This document shows, in pieces, positions 8,962 to 18,943 of a stretch of 51,118 bases of DNA (position 1 is its first letter; every line of letters begins with the position of its first letter). A program made the translations under genes and the position numbers. A model generated the notes under the pieces. It was not told where the DNA came from and ran no database searches. It saw only the letters and a program-made list of their open reading frames with translations. The stretch is from an uncultured Ruminococcus sp. Lineage in GTDB: Bacteria; Bacillota; Clostridia; Oscillospirales; Acutalibacteraceae. The stretch is from NCBI GenBank assembly GCA_902779225.1, contig CACZAW010000001.1, positions 1 to 51,118 on the forward strand, written 5' to 3'.

Positions 8962-11034
8962 TCAAAGCGTCCAGGTGTAGTCGTTAACACTTGTCAGCTC
9001 TACGTTGTAGTAGATACCCTTGCCGGCGTTATGGGTGATGAAAACGTTGTCGGAAGCGATCTTTTCGTCACCGTTGTAAGCGTTGCAGGTGATGGTAGAA
9101 CCGAGCGGGAGGTTGACGGACAGGCTCTCGAGCGGGGTGTTGATGACGTTCTCGATGCCGGTCTTCTTATTGTAATCTCCGTTTGCAAAGTGGAATCTGT
9201 AAGCCATGAAGAAGTTGTTGACGTCGGTCTCGAGGTGAGTATCCTTAGCGTCGCCGTTGACGATGATCAGCTTCGCCTCGTTATCGATGATATCGATACC
9301 CTTGACGGTGTATCTGTCGGGATCTTCCTTAGCCGCCTGTGCGCGCTCGTTGAATTCCTTCTGATGCACAACAATCATTCTGTAAACAACGGAGCCGCGA
9401 ATGCCGTTGCCGTTGCCGTCAAAAACGCCGTTGTCCCAGTTGACAGAACACATCTGGAAAGCGTATTCCTGACCGAAAACGACCTCTTTCACCTCGCCGC
9501 CGTAATAAACGGTGCCGTCCTCGAAGGCTACCGCCATCTTCAGAGGCGCATCAATACGGATGGTTCCGGTCGCGGTAGGCGCTTCGGTGGGCTCATCAGT
9601 AGGCTCATCGGGAGTAACGGGTTCGTCAGGCTGTGTTGCCTGCGCCTTGATGCGCGCCCATACGGAAACGGTGCCCGCGGGAGCGGAGTAGGTCATTTCG
9701 CCCTTGGTGCTCTCGACCTTGACGTTGGCTACGTCGGTGATCGCGGCAGCGCTCTCACCGAAGAACCATCTGTCGGAGGAGCCGAAATAATTGTCGTTGA
9801 TGGACAAAGAAGCAGCGTCCTTATCGACCGCGTAGCTGCCTGCAGTCGCCGCAAAGAGATCAACATTGTCGCCGATCACGATGCTGTCGGCAACGGGGAT
9901 CGTGCCGTCTACGGGAGATTTCTGCTTGCTCGCGCCGATCGCGCTTGCCTGCGTCGCACAGATCGCGGTCACCTTGGCGTTGCCGGTGATCTCGATGGTG
10001 CCGCCGGTATGCGTACCTCTGCCGGAGCCGATCGCAGCGCCGCCGGAGTTGATCTCGTTTGATCTGCTGTCTGCCGAGATCGCGGTAACGTCAGCGTTGC
10101 CGCCGATCCTGACATTCACTGTATATGTATTCTGATTATACTGAGCGATTTTGCTGGAGCCGCGTCCGCCGCCGATACCTGCGCCGCCGCAGGAACCGAT
10201 AGCAACGACCTTACCGCCGTTGATCTCGATGTCGGGTGCGGAGGAACCGTAGCCGCCGCCGATACCCGCCGCGAAGGTGCCGGGATCGTTCGCGTTGAGC
10301 GCAGCCAGATCGCTGTAATCAAAGCTCTGGTTCCATGCAGTAGCCGCATAAACCTCGCCGCCGTTGATGACGATACGACCGGCGCTGTAATCGCCGACTG
10401 CCGCAACGCCTGGCGCGCCGCCGCTGGTGCCGTAGCCGGTGCCGATGCCGGCGCCGCACTCGTTGCCGTAAGCGTGGATCACGCCGCCATTGATGGTGAT
10501 GAGGTTCGCGTCAACATGATAGCCGGAGCCGATGCCGGAGCCTCTTCTGCCGGCAAAAGCGTTGATGTTGCCGCTGTTGATGGTGATCTCGCCGACCTTG
10601 ACTCTCTCTTCAGCCGGAATATTGGTGCTGGTACCATAGGAGCCGATCGCCGCGCCCCAGAGGCCGCCGGTAACATTCAGGGTACCCTGACCCTCAAAGG
10701 TGACCTTGGAGCCGTACTCGACTTCTATACCGCAGGAATATGCGTTAGCGTCGCCTTCGATGGTGCTGGTGCCCTCTAATACAAAGGTGACGTCGGAGTT
10801 GTTCATGACCTTGATCGCGGAACGACCGGTAGAGAATACGCCCGCGTCGGCAAGTATGATTCTGCCGGTAACGCCGTCGATATCGACCGCATTGTAGCTA
10901 TTCTCATTGAGCACATAATCGCCGTTTTGGTTGATAATGATCGCTTTGGAATCCCCCTCAGCCGCGTTTGCAGCCAGCGGGATCGCGGATACCAGCAGTA
11001 AAACCGCCAGTAATACGGAAATAGTCTTTTTCAT
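8962..11034 (-). CDS. Secreted protein: Gly-rich right-handed beta-helix-like domain (Cthe_2159-like), PT/E linker and conserved 199-aa C-terminal domain
   Basis: Signal peptide (MKKTIS...AANA), repeated GAGIGxG/ITINGGxV motifs, EPTDEPTEAPT linker. Start moved to ATG 11034 after the AAAGGA RBS. Confidence 0.7.
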   Translation of the reverse strand: MKKTISVLLAVLLLVSAIPLAANAAEGDSKAIIINQNGDYVLNENSYNAVDIDGVTGRIILADAGVFSTGRSAIKVMNNSDVTFVLEGTSTIEGDANAYSCGIEVEYGSKVTFEGQGTLNVTGGLWGAAIGSYGTSTNIPAEERVKVGEITINSGNINAFAGRRGSGIGSGYHVDANLITINGGVIHAYGNECGAGIGTGYGTSGGAPGVAAVGDYSAGRIVINGGEVYAATAWNQSFDYSDLAALNANDPGTFAAGIGGGYGSSAPDIEINGGKVVAIGSCGGAGIGGGRGSSKIAQYNQNTYTVNVRIGGNADVTAISADSRSNEINSGGAAIGSGRGTHTGGTIEITGNAKVTAICATQASAIGASKQKSPVDGTIPVADSIVIGDNVDLFAATAGSYAVDKDAASLSINDNYFGSSDRWFFGESAAAITDVANVKVESTKGEMTYSAPAGTVSVWARIKAQATQPDEPVTPDEPTDEPTEAPTATGTIRIDAPLKMAVAFEDGTVYYGGEVKEVVFGQEYAFQMCSVNWDNGVFDGNGNGIRGSVVYRMIVVHQKEFNERAQAAKEDPDRYTVKGIDIIDNEAKLIIVNGDAKDTHLETDVNNFFMAYRFHFANGDYNKKTGIENVINTPLESLSVNLPLGSTITCNAYNGDEKIASDNVFITHNAGKGIYYNVELTSVNDYTWTL

Positions 11035-11130
11035 GATAATCATCCTTTCTTATCTGTCTTTTGCTTAGGTGATTAATACCGTATATTATCAAACCTTCAA
11101 CCGCTTGATGTGGGGTCGTGGGGTTGCCGA

Positions 11131-11186
11131 AAATAAAAATATCCGGCTGCGCAGTTTCTTACACCTGTAAAAAACTATGCAGCCGG
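11131..11186 (-). terminator. Expression-platform terminator of the riboswitch at 11177-11256
   Basis: Minus strand CCGGCTGCATAGTTT...AAACTGCGCAGCCGG then ATATTTTTATTT; the 5' arm overlaps the aptamer 3' end. Confidence 0.75.
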
Positions 11187-11256
11187 TCGATCATATAGTA
11201 TCGCTATTTAGACACCATGGCTTTCCGTCCCTGTGTTTCCGCAGGTTTGGCAATTG
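11177..11256 (-). ncRNA. c-di-GMP-I (GEMM-I) riboswitch, CC/GG variant
   Basis: Minus strand reads G-CC-AAA-CCTGCG-GAAA-CACAGG-GAC-GG-AAA-GCCATGGTGTCTAAATAG...CTATATGATCGACCGGCTGCA: GAAA tetraloop, TCTAA/TATG receptor and the canonical layout. Confidence 0.85.
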
Positions 11257-11365
11257 CTATATAGATAATTCAGCATATCAGATATGCTTTTTATCGCACC
11301 GTACGATGATACTAAACGATCGTACGGTTGTAAATAAAAGTTACAAAAGATTAATTATTTTTAGA

Positions 11366-13063
11366 TCAATGCGCCCAAGTGTAGTCATTTACACTTGTCA
11401 GCTCTACGTTGTAGTAGATGCCCTTGCCTGCATTGTGGGTGATGAAGACGTTGTCGCTGTCGACCTTTTCATCGCCGATGTAAGCGTTGCAGGCGATGGT
11501 CGAACCGAGCGGAAGATTGACGGACAGGCTCTCGATCGGGGTGTTGATGACGTTCGGGATGCCGGTCTTCTTATTATAATCTTCGCTTGCAAAATGGAAT
11601 CTGTAAGCCATGAAGAAGTTGTTGACGTCGGTCTCGAGGTGAGTATCCTTAGCGTCGCCGTTGACGATGATCAGCTTCGCTTCGTTGTCGATGATGTCGA
11701 TGCCCTTGACAGTGTATCTGTCGGGATCCTGCATCGCAGCCAGTGCGCGCTCGTTGAATTCCTTCTCATGCACAACGATCATTCTGTAAACGACGGTACC
11801 GCGCAGGCCGTTGCCGTTCTCATCATAGATACCGTTATCCCAGTTGACAGAGCACATCTGGAAGGGATACTCCTGACCGTAAACAACTTCCTTCATCTCG
11901 CCGCCGTAGTAAACGGAACCGTCGGCAAACGCAACCGCCATCTTGAGCGGAACGTCGATGCGGATGCTGCAGGTCTCGGACGCAGGATCGGTGGGATCCT
12001 GTGCAGGAGGCTCGGTGGGATCCTCTGCGGGAGCCTCGGTGGGATCCTCTGCGGGAGCCTCGGTCGGATCTTCTGCGGGAGCTACGGTGGGATCCTCGGG
12101 AGTTGACGGGATAATCTCCGGAACAAAGCTGTCGTTGTAGCCGACATGGAGTTCAAAGCCGTTCAAGCCAACCAGAGAGTTTACAATGGATGTACCGCAT
12201 ACGTTGGCGTTGCTGCCGGTGAGCTTGGTGTTGGGAGCCAACAGAATGCCGTATAACTCGGTAGAGATCATTTCGACCTCGGGGGAATTGACAACATTGA
12301 AGATGATATTGCGGTTAAAGCTTCTCAGATAGTTCGGATCCATGCTGCCGTTGATCTTATTAGCGCCGTACTTCAGCGTGATCTTGTCGGACGTCGTCAG
12401 ATTAACGATGATCGTCTGACCTTCGGCAATCGTGAAATCGAAGAGATAGCTGCTGATGGTCGAATCGTCGACGTTATAAACCAGCGTATCCGCATCCGGA
12501 TTACCTTTAAAGGTGTAGGTGCCGTATGCTGCTTCGCATTCGCCGTTAACCGGAAGAGCCTCAATAGCAGCCTTCGCAGCATTGGCGGTGTTGCCGGCAG
12601 CGGCAAAGTATGCCGAGGAATCGGCGACGGTGTACTGACCGTTTGTCGTTGCGGAAGGAGTGACATTTGACAGATGATAGGTGTTACCGTCCGCATTGCC
12701 GACGACCGTCTGACCGTAGACGTTGCCGTAGCCGCTGATATTTGCATTTCCGTTGATCAGGAGAGCGACGTCCTCGGTCGAAGCGTTATTCTGACCGTAA
12801 GCGCCGGCATTTGCCGAAAAGCCTCTGTTAGAGTTGAAGCTGCCGCCTACGGCAAGCGTACCCTCTACATCGATGATGTTCTCAACATTTCCTAAAACAA
12901 CACCTGACCAATTAAGCAGATCGCCGAACGCGTTGTTCGAGGTCGCTGTGTGAAATTCGGGAGTTTCACCCTCGTTGATATGACCTGTATAAGCGAAAGC
13001 GGGGATGCAGAAAACCGAAATCGATATAACTGCAACAAGTACCAGAGATAATAGCTTCTTCAT
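11366..13063 (-). CDS. Secreted protein: choice-of-anchor A-like (collagen-binding-type) N-terminal domain, PAEDPTEA repeats and conserved 199-aa C-terminal domain
   Basis: Signal peptide; DVEGTLAVGG, IIFN and GILLAPN motifs resemble choice-of-anchor A domains. Start moved to ATG 13063 after the GGGAGGAG RBS, because the longer ORF start lies inside the riboswitch terminator. Confidence 0.7.
   Translation of the reverse strand: MKKLLSLVLVAVISISVFCIPAFAYTGHINEGETPEFHTATSNNAFGDLLNWSGVVLGNVENIIDVEGTLAVGGSFNSNRGFSANAGAYGQNNASTEDVALLINGNANISGYGNVYGQTVVGNADGNTYHLSNVTPSATTNGQYTVADSSAYFAAAGNTANAAKAAIEALPVNGECEAAYGTYTFKGNPDADTLVYNVDDSTISSYLFDFTIAEGQTIIVNLTTSDKITLKYGANKINGSMDPNYLRSFNRNIIFNVVNSPEVEMISTELYGILLAPNTKLTGSNANVCGTSIVNSLVGLNGFELHVGYNDSFVPEIIPSTPEDPTVAPAEDPTEAPAEDPTEAPAEDPTEPPAQDPTDPASETCSIRIDVPLKMAVAFADGSVYYGGEMKEVVYGQEYPFQMCSVNWDNGIYDENGNGLRGTVVYRMIVVHEKEFNERALAAMQDPDRYTVKGIDIIDNEAKLIIVNGDAKDTHLETDVNNFFMAYRFHFASEDYNKKTGIPNVINTPIESLSVNLPLGSTIACNAYIGDEKVDSDNVFITHNAGKGIYYNVELTSVNDYTWAH
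11985..12100. repeat. 24-bp tandem repeats encoding a PAEDPTEA linker
   Basis: GGTGGGATCCTCTGCGGGAGCCTC-like unit repeated about 4-5 times. Confidence 0.85.
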
Positions 13064-13087
13064 ATCAAATCTCCTCCCTTTCCTGAG

Positions 13088-13138
13088 AAAAAATAAAAGC
13101 ACCTAAAATGTTTCAGCTTTACGAAACATATTAGATGC
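13088..13138 (-). terminator. Expression-platform terminator of the riboswitch at 13136-13215
   Basis: Minus strand GCATCTAATATGTTTC...GAAACATTTTAGGTGC followed by TTTTATTTTTT. Confidence 0.75.
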
Positions 13139-13215
13139 AACCAGACGACCATAGTGCAAAAGCACCTTAGGCTCTTCGCTTTGCGTCACTGCTTTTCAGC
13201 AGTTTTGCTCTTTAA
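13136..13215 (-). ncRNA. GEMM-I riboswitch with A at position 20 (c-di-GMP-I / possible c-AMP-GMP variant)
   Basis: Minus strand GA-GC-AAA-ACTGCT-GAAA-AGCAGT-GAC-GC-AAA-GCGAAGAGCCTAAGGTGCTTTTGCACTATGGTCGTCTGGTTGCA. Confidence 0.88.
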
Positions 13216-13223
13216 TCACTATC

Positions 13224-13252
13224 ATTATATAACGTGAAAGATCATTTGTCAA
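13224..13252 (-). promoter_or_regulatory. Consensus sigma-A promoter driving the riboswitch leader
   Basis: Minus strand TTGACA-17nt-TATAAT, a perfect consensus immediately upstream of the aptamer. Confidence 0.85.
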
Positions 13253-13309
13253 TAGCTTTTTCATAATTTTTTATTTTTATGGATATCAAACAAAATTCTC
13301 TTGGCTCTC

Positions 13310-13339
13310 TTGACAAACGCCCCAAAAAATAGATATAAT
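13310..13339 (+). promoter_or_regulatory. Sigma-A promoter of the GGDEF gene
   Basis: TTGACA-18nt-TATAAT, divergent from the riboswitch promoter. Confidence 0.7.
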
Positions 13340-13423
13340 TATGTAACAGTTTTGTTACCGCCTTCGGCAGGCAACAGACAACGTAAGCCTTTTATCCATT
13401 TTCCTTGTTTTGTTGCATAGAAG

Positions 13424-14596
13424 GTGAGAATCATCAATTATTATACTTCAATCATCGGGATCTGCTGGCTTGCGCTGATTGTGCTGAGCATACTCGTATC
13501 GGAGAACAATCGCCTTTCCCGTAAAGAAAAGATGTTGTTCTATCTGACGCATATCATCGTCGCGCTTGCCGCGCTGATGGAATGGCTGGGGATCCTGTTC
13601 AACGGAGATATGTCGGTCCCCATATGGGCGCTGCGCGCCGTCAAATGCATCGACTATATCCTGACGCCCGCTGCGGGCGCGGCGCTGCTCTTTTACCTTA
13701 AGACCGGCAGCGCATGGGGAAAGATCATCACCGGTCTGCTCGGCGTCAACCTGGTGTTTCAGCTGGTTTCAGCCTTTACCGGATGGATGCTCGTGGTCGA
13801 TGAGCAGCATCGCTATTCCCACGGTCCCCTGTATCCGGCATATATTGCAATGTACAGCGCGCTGATTATTTTGATCGCGATCGAGTTCATTACCTACGGT
13901 AAAAACTTCCGAAAGCAAAACAGGCTTTCGCTCTATGCCATCCTGATAATGGTATTTATCTGCATCCTGATCCAGGAAATATTGGGCAGCGAATTCCGGA
14001 CCGCTTATCTCGGACTGACACTCGGGATCATTATGATGTTCATCTACATCACAGAGTTCGCACAGCTGTCTTCGGATGACACGATACATGAGCAGCAAAT
14101 AGCGATCACCACCGACGCGCTGACCGGCGTATCAAACCGATATGCCTTTGTCGCCGCTCTGAAAGAGCTGGACAAGGAGGGTGCGACGCCCCCTGCTGAT
14201 CTGACGGTCTTTTCCATCGACATCAACGGTCTGAAAACCGTCAATGATTCGCGCGGACACGCGGCAGGCGACGAGCTGATCTGCGGCGCTGCCGACTGCA
14301 TCTGCGGCGCCTTTGAAAAGAGCGGTACCTGCTATCGAACCGGCGGCGACGAATTCATCGTCATCGCGCGGATGGAAAAAGCGCAGGCGCTCGAAACGCT
14401 CGAAAAACTCAAACAAAATGCTGCGCATTGGCGCGGCGAGCTGGTCGGCGATCTGTATCTGGCGGCAGGCTTTGTCTGCGCGGCGGATTATCCCGATCTT
14501 ACCGTAGAAAAGATGATCGTCGAAGCCGATATGGCAATGTATGATGAAAAAGACGCCTTTTATCGCAAGATGAGGATGGCGTCGGCACGAACCTGA
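13424..14596 (+). CDS. Membrane-bound diguanylate cyclase (multi-TM sensor + GGDEF)
   Basis: About 7 hydrophobic helices, then DALTG.SNR, DINGLK.VND..GH..GD and RTGGDEF; no obvious RxxD I-site. Confidence 0.9.
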   Translation: MRIINYYTSIIGICWLALIVLSILVSENNRLSRKEKMLFYLTHIIVALAALMEWLGILFNGDMSVPIWALRAVKCIDYILTPAAGAALLFYLKTGSAWGKIITGLLGVNLVFQLVSAFTGWMLVVDEQHRYSHGPLYPAYIAMYSALIILIAIEFITYGKNFRKQNRLSLYAILIMVFICILIQEILGSEFRTAYLGLTLGIIMMFIYITEFAQLSSDDTIHEQQIAITTDALTGVSNRYAFVAALKELDKEGATPPADLTVFSIDINGLKTVNDSRGHAAGDELICGAADCICGAFEKSGTCYRTGGDEFIVIARMEKAQALETLEKLKQNAAHWRGELVGDLYLAAGFVCAADYPDLTVEKMIVEADMAMYDEKDAFYRKMRMASART

Positions 14597-14617
14597 TACC
14601 GTATATTAAGAATGAAG

Positions 14618-14650
14618 AAAGACGCTTCGGAGCATCCGGAGCGTCTTTTT
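14618..14650. terminator. Bidirectional terminator between convergent genes
   Basis: AAAGACGCTTCGGA...TCCGGAGCGTCTTTTT. Confidence 0.8.
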
Positions 14651-14680
14651 GTTATGCTGTGACTTTTTCGATCGCACGCG

Positions 14681-16807
14681 TCACCCGGTCGTAAACGACG
14701 GCAAAGCGCCAAATTCTTCTGTCAGGATCTCGTAGGATTTTTTCAGCCTTTGGGTATATTCCGGCTGACCGAGCCCGCTGAAGCCGGTATCGTGCAGCTT
14801 GATCTCGCCCTGAGAGCCGGCGCCGAGCTTGATGGTCTTGAACCCGGTGAATTCGATCTTGTCGGACTTAAGGGGCGCGATACAGGTCATCGTGCGCGGA
14901 TTTTTGATCCCCAGCAGATACCACGCAAGCCGGATCTCGAGCTTTGTTCCGCTCAGACAGAAATCCGCCTGAGAGCAGAAGTCCTCGCTGTCGGGATCGG
15001 CGTTGCCGTAACGGAGAAGTCCTGTCTCGACCGACTGCGGCTCGACCAGACGCTTCTCCTCCGGCAAATACATTTCGTTAGTGACCAGCATCATCATCTT
15101 GTTGTAGACGCCGCTGTTCTTTTTATACGGCGCGGTTTCCTTATCGCCCAATATCTTTTGCACGATGCCGTATTTGTAATGGAAAACATCTTCATACGCG
15201 TCGGTCAGGATCCTTGTGTTTTCCCTGCCGTTGATGACCAGCAGGCGATCCGCCGCATCGGAAAAGGTCAGCTTTCGTTCGGCGTCGGATTTGCTGCCGT
15301 CGCCGCTGACCCGGATCGGGATATAATAGGTATCTTTATCAAAGTCGAATCCGTCGGGAAGCGATACCAGCAGATGCAGATACTCGGCGTCATACTTGAC
15401 GCAGATCCCGGTATCCCCGATCCCGGTCTCCATGTTCCACTCGGTCGTGTCGCCGTCGGGACGGCTCGCCGCCGTATCAAACGCCAGAACGCCGTAGCTC
15501 TGTTCGGCTGAGGACAGATCGTGGATGCGGTCGGACGGCTTTTCGGGATAATACATATCCATGTTCCAGGTGCGCTTGAACCACTCGTCCTGCCATGAGA
15601 ACAGCAGTCCGCCGCAGCAGCCCGCCTCGCAGATATCGCGGGACATACGCGCATCCAGCTGACCCTGCTCCTGTTCGGTCAGACCTCCCTGCTGATAACC
15701 GTTCAAGCCTAGGTGAGCGATCCCCCGTGAGGTGCTCAAGCCGTACTCCGCGATCATCACCGGTACGCTGTAGGCGCTCTTGAGATCTTTCAGATACGCG
15801 AGATAGTTATCGTCTGTATCGGTATATTCAGGCTGATGATTCATGAATTCCGGATAATACGGATAGACGTCGACTGCGGCGAACAGTCCTGCGTAGTAAC
15901 CGTCCTTCGCCAAGATCTTTTCGGTATCGACGCTGATCGTATCCTCTTCATAGGGGAAGGGTTCTGCGGAGTGGGTCAGCGTATCGAGCGTTTGCCAGTT
16001 GAGGAATGCGACCGGCAGCTGACACGAATAGGTCTCGCTCTCATACTCGATCAAGGTGTCCCCCACCTCGCACAAAAACGCTTCGAACGGCGTAGAGCCC
16101 TCTGCGGTACGCAGGTAGCCGCCGTTGTAGTTCGCCTCGTCGGGATGAGAAACGTTCGTTTCGTTGACGAAATCGGGCGGGTATTCCAGCCCGAGGATAT
16201 AGCCGACGACATAGTCCGAAATATCGCGGTCGTATATTGCGGGATCGAATTTGCCGTAGGAGGTGTAGTTGCTCGAGCCGTGGATGATGTCAATCGTCTC
16301 GGTCACGGATCGCTTAAAGGCGCTGATCAGGATCTTATCGCTCTCCAGCGCGTCGGTCAGCTCGTACATCAGGTCTTCCGAAAACCAGATCCCCTGTATC
16401 AGGTAGAGCGGGTCGTCGGCGTGCTGCGCGTTGTAATCATCAAGCGCGCGGTAGAAATCGGGATTCATGACCGTAAACACCCTGACCGTGTTGGCGTTCA
16501 TTTCCTTAATCTTTTGAAACCAGTCTGTAAAGGTATCATAGTCGGTATCGGGGGAGCCAAGATCCGTCTCGGGCTCGCTGAGCCCCATATTGACGCCCTT
16601 GACATAGAACAGCTCGCCCGTCTGATCATCGACGCCGCGGTAGATATAGCCGTTGTCGGCGGCGTAAAACGGCAGAGAGAGCCCCTTGGTATCAGGCAGC
16701 TGCACCTTAGCCGCTACGGACGCTTCCGATTTGTCCGTATTATCATGACAGGCGGCAAGGATGAACATCAACGCCGCTGTCAACAATAACGCCATGATTC
16801 TTTTCAT
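14681..16807 (-). CDS. Lipoprotein with clan GH-A-like TIM-barrel glycoside hydrolase/transglycosylase domain
   Basis: Lipobox LAAC; [23 protein letters not shown] (putative acid/base), DVYPYYP, IAEYG (putative nucleophile), WQDEWFK. Confidence 0.7.
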   Translation of the reverse strand: MKRIMALLLTAALMFILAACHDNTDKSEASVAAKVQLPDTKGLSLPFYAADNGYIYRGVDDQTGELFYVKGVNMGLSEPETDLGSPDTDYDTFTDWFQKIKEMNANTVRVFTVMNPDFYRALDDYNAQHADDPLYLIQGIWFSEDLMYELTDALESDKILISAFKRSVTETIDIIHGSSNYTSYGKFDPAIYDRDISDYVVGYILGLEYPPDFVNETNVSHPDEANYNGGYLRTAEGSTPFEAFLCEVGDTLIEYESETYSCQLPVAFLNWQTLDTLTHSAEPFPYEEDTISVDTEKILAKDGYYAGLFAAVDVYPYYPEFMNHQPEYTDTDDNYLAYLKDLKSAYSVPVMIAEYGLSTSRGIAHLGLNGYQQGGLTEQEQGQLDARMSRDICEAGCCGGLLFSWQDEWFKRTWNMDMYYPEKPSDRIHDLSSAEQSYGVLAFDTAASRPDGDTTEWNMETGIGDTGICVKYDAEYLHLLVSLPDGFDFDKDTYYIPIRVSGDGSKSDAERKLTFSDAADRLLVINGRENTRILTDAYEDVFHYKYGIVQKILGDKETAPYKKNSGVYNKMMMLVTNEMYLPEEKRLVEPQSVETGLLRYGNADPDSEDFCSQADFCLSGTKLEIRLAWYLLGIKNPRTMTCIAPLKSDKIEFTGFKTIKLGAGSQGEIKLHDTGFSGLGQPEYTQRLKKSYEILTEEFGALPSFTTG

Positions 16808-16833
16808 CCTGCCGCCTCCTTTTCTATATTATA

Positions 16834-18943
16834 TTATTTATTGCCGGACTTATTGCTCCGGTACTGCTCCAGATAATCCTGCAGCTCATAGTACGACGGC
16901 TTCATCCGCTCGTGCCATGTGGGGATATTCCACTCGGGATAAGAATAGCTGCCGCCGAAGCTGATGTTGACACGCTCCTTCTTCTTCGCGACGCCGAGGC
17001 CGAAGCTGAACGAATCGTACGGCTGCGGCGTGAATACCTGTTCCTCACGGAAGTCAGCCATCTGCTGCTTGGAAGAGGGATCCATCACGTTCAGAAGCTG
17101 CCACGGGATGCGGATCTCTACGCCGCCATCGCCGTAACTGAAATCTGTCAGCGACGCGTAATCCTCCGCGTCCGGATTGGCGTTGCCGTACAGCAGCTTG
17201 CCGGTCTCGTAGGCTTTATCGGGCACCTCGTCGCCCGTGCCGCCGACCTTAAGATGGTAGCCGTAGCACATCAGCATCTCGTCAAAGACGCCGCTGTTCT
17301 TTTTATCGGCGTTCTTCAACTGCGGATAGTCGCTGAGGATGCGCGACTCGACAAAATGATAGTTGAACGCGTCGTAATAGCGATCGACATAGATATGCGA
17401 GTCGGACGCGCCGTGGATCTTGATCAAAAAGTCCGCGCCGCCGTCAAAGGTCAGGTTATAATCCTTGGCGGTCTTATTGCCCTGATCCGCGATCGTATCG
17501 ATCGGGATATACAGGGTATCGTTGTTAAAATCGTATTTGTCCGCCTTGGCATACAGATACAGGTATCGCTCGTCGTGCATAACATACAGCTCGCCTGCAT
17601 TGGAAGTCAGCACCGGCTCCTCGGAGCTCCACTCGCCGGGATCGCCGTCGGGATAGCAGCAGACGTAGTTCTCGCCGGGATCGAACGACATAACGCCGAA
17701 GTTCTGCTCGGTCGTCTGGATATTCGACCAGAACGGACGGCGGTCGGCGATATCGAACATGACGTTGTTCCATGTACGCTTGAACCACTCGTCCTGCCAG
17801 GTAAAGATCAGGCCGCCCGCATATCCCGTATCGCGGATCGAATTGATCATATCGATCAGCATCGCGCCCTGCGCGTTTTCGTCGACGCCGCCCTGATTAT
17901 AGCCCATGACGCTTTTATGTCCCATGCCTCTCGAGGTCGGGATACCGAACTCGGCGACAAGGATCGGCAGCGTATGGACCAGCTTCAGATCCTTCAGATA
18001 GGCGGAATAGGTATCGACCTTTCCGTCCTTATTCTTATTCTCCAGATAATCCTCCTGATAATTCAGGCTGTCGGGATAATAGGGATAGATATGGTAGGAC
18101 GCGAACAAGCCGGGTTCGAAATTTCTGCATTTGATGCTCTCGGTATTCACGACCGCCTTATCCTCATCGTAGTGGGGTTCGTTGGGATGGGTAAGGGGAT
18201 CGGTCGTGATCCAGTTGGTGAACGCCAGCGGCGCCTGGAAATGAAACTCTTCCGTTTCGTGCTTGATCAAGGCGTCGCCCGCCCTGCACAAAAAGGTTTC
18301 AAACGGCGTCGAGCTCTGGGTATACAGATACTCGCCGTCGTATTCACGCAGGTCGGGATGCTGTGACCGCGTTTCCGTGAACCACGTTGCAGATAGCGAT
18401 CGCGTCGTTCTTGAAATCGGTCATGATCTTTTCATTCTCGGCATAGACGTCGCCTAAGCGCTTGATATCTTCCTCATTGACCCACAATCCCTGAAAGAGA
18501 TAGATAGGGTTATCCGCCGTCTTGTTATAATCATTGAGAGCCAGATAAAACTGGGGACGCATGGTGGTATACACGCGGATACAGTTGGCGTTCATCTCGC
18601 TGATATATTTGAACCAGCGAAGGTAGGTGTCATAGCTGATGGTAAGATCGCCCGGGAAGAGAGCGGGCTCGGACGCGCCGATATTGACGCCCGTCATAAA
18701 CTGCTGATTCCATCCGCCCTCGTTGTAGAGGTGAAAATATCCGTCTTGCGCCTTAAAGCGGTAGCTGACATCTTTGATAGAATCATAGTATTCTTCACCG
18801 GAGCTTTGGGATTGCTCGGTGTCGTCTTCTTTTTTACGGAAAATGGAAAGCTGCTTGATACCGAACGGGGTCAGCAAGCCCATTTCGGCAAGGAAAAAGA
18901 GAACAAGGATCGTAGCGACAACAGAGATAACAACCTTTTTCAT
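16834..18943 (-). pseudogene. Second GH-A-like paralog, split by an internal deletion and frameshift near 18362 (ORFs 18344-18943 and 16834-18291)
   Basis: The N-half ends ...VVHGNAVT and another frame resumes QHPDLREYDGEYLYTQSSTPFETFL; about 37 aa present in the 14681-16807 paralog are missing. Confidence 0.8.

Noticed and set aside
8962-11965. Duplicated 600-bp C-terminal block as a DGR template/variable repeat pair
   Set aside because: Both copies are coding, the differences are not adenine-specific, and no reverse transcriptase is present in the window.
11985-12100. Regularly spaced 24-bp repeats as a possible CRISPR array
   Set aside because: There are no unique spacers, they encode an in-frame PAEDPTEA linker, and no cas genes are present.
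8653-12106. Long plus-strand ORFs 8653-10062 and 11177-12106 that resemble each other
   Set aside because: They are antisense shadows of the duplicated C-terminal domain; the minus-strand genes have signal peptides, RBSs and riboswitch leaders.
13424-14596. GGDEF protein as a Hypr-type cGAMP synthase matching the A20 riboswitch
   Set aside because: It retains the guanine-selecting Asp (GHAAGD) rather than Ser/Thr.
16912-18366. 484-aa plus-strand ORF and similar long antisense ORFs (e.g. 42315-44087, 48353-49798, 30550-31833)
   Set aside because: They are mirror frames of well-supported genes, expected from GC3 codon bias, and show no motifs.
18340-18370. Programmed ribosomal frameshift or phase-variable slippage in the split GH gene
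   Set aside because: There is no slippery or homopolymer tract, and sequence is missing relative to the paralog, which favours deletion or misassembly.
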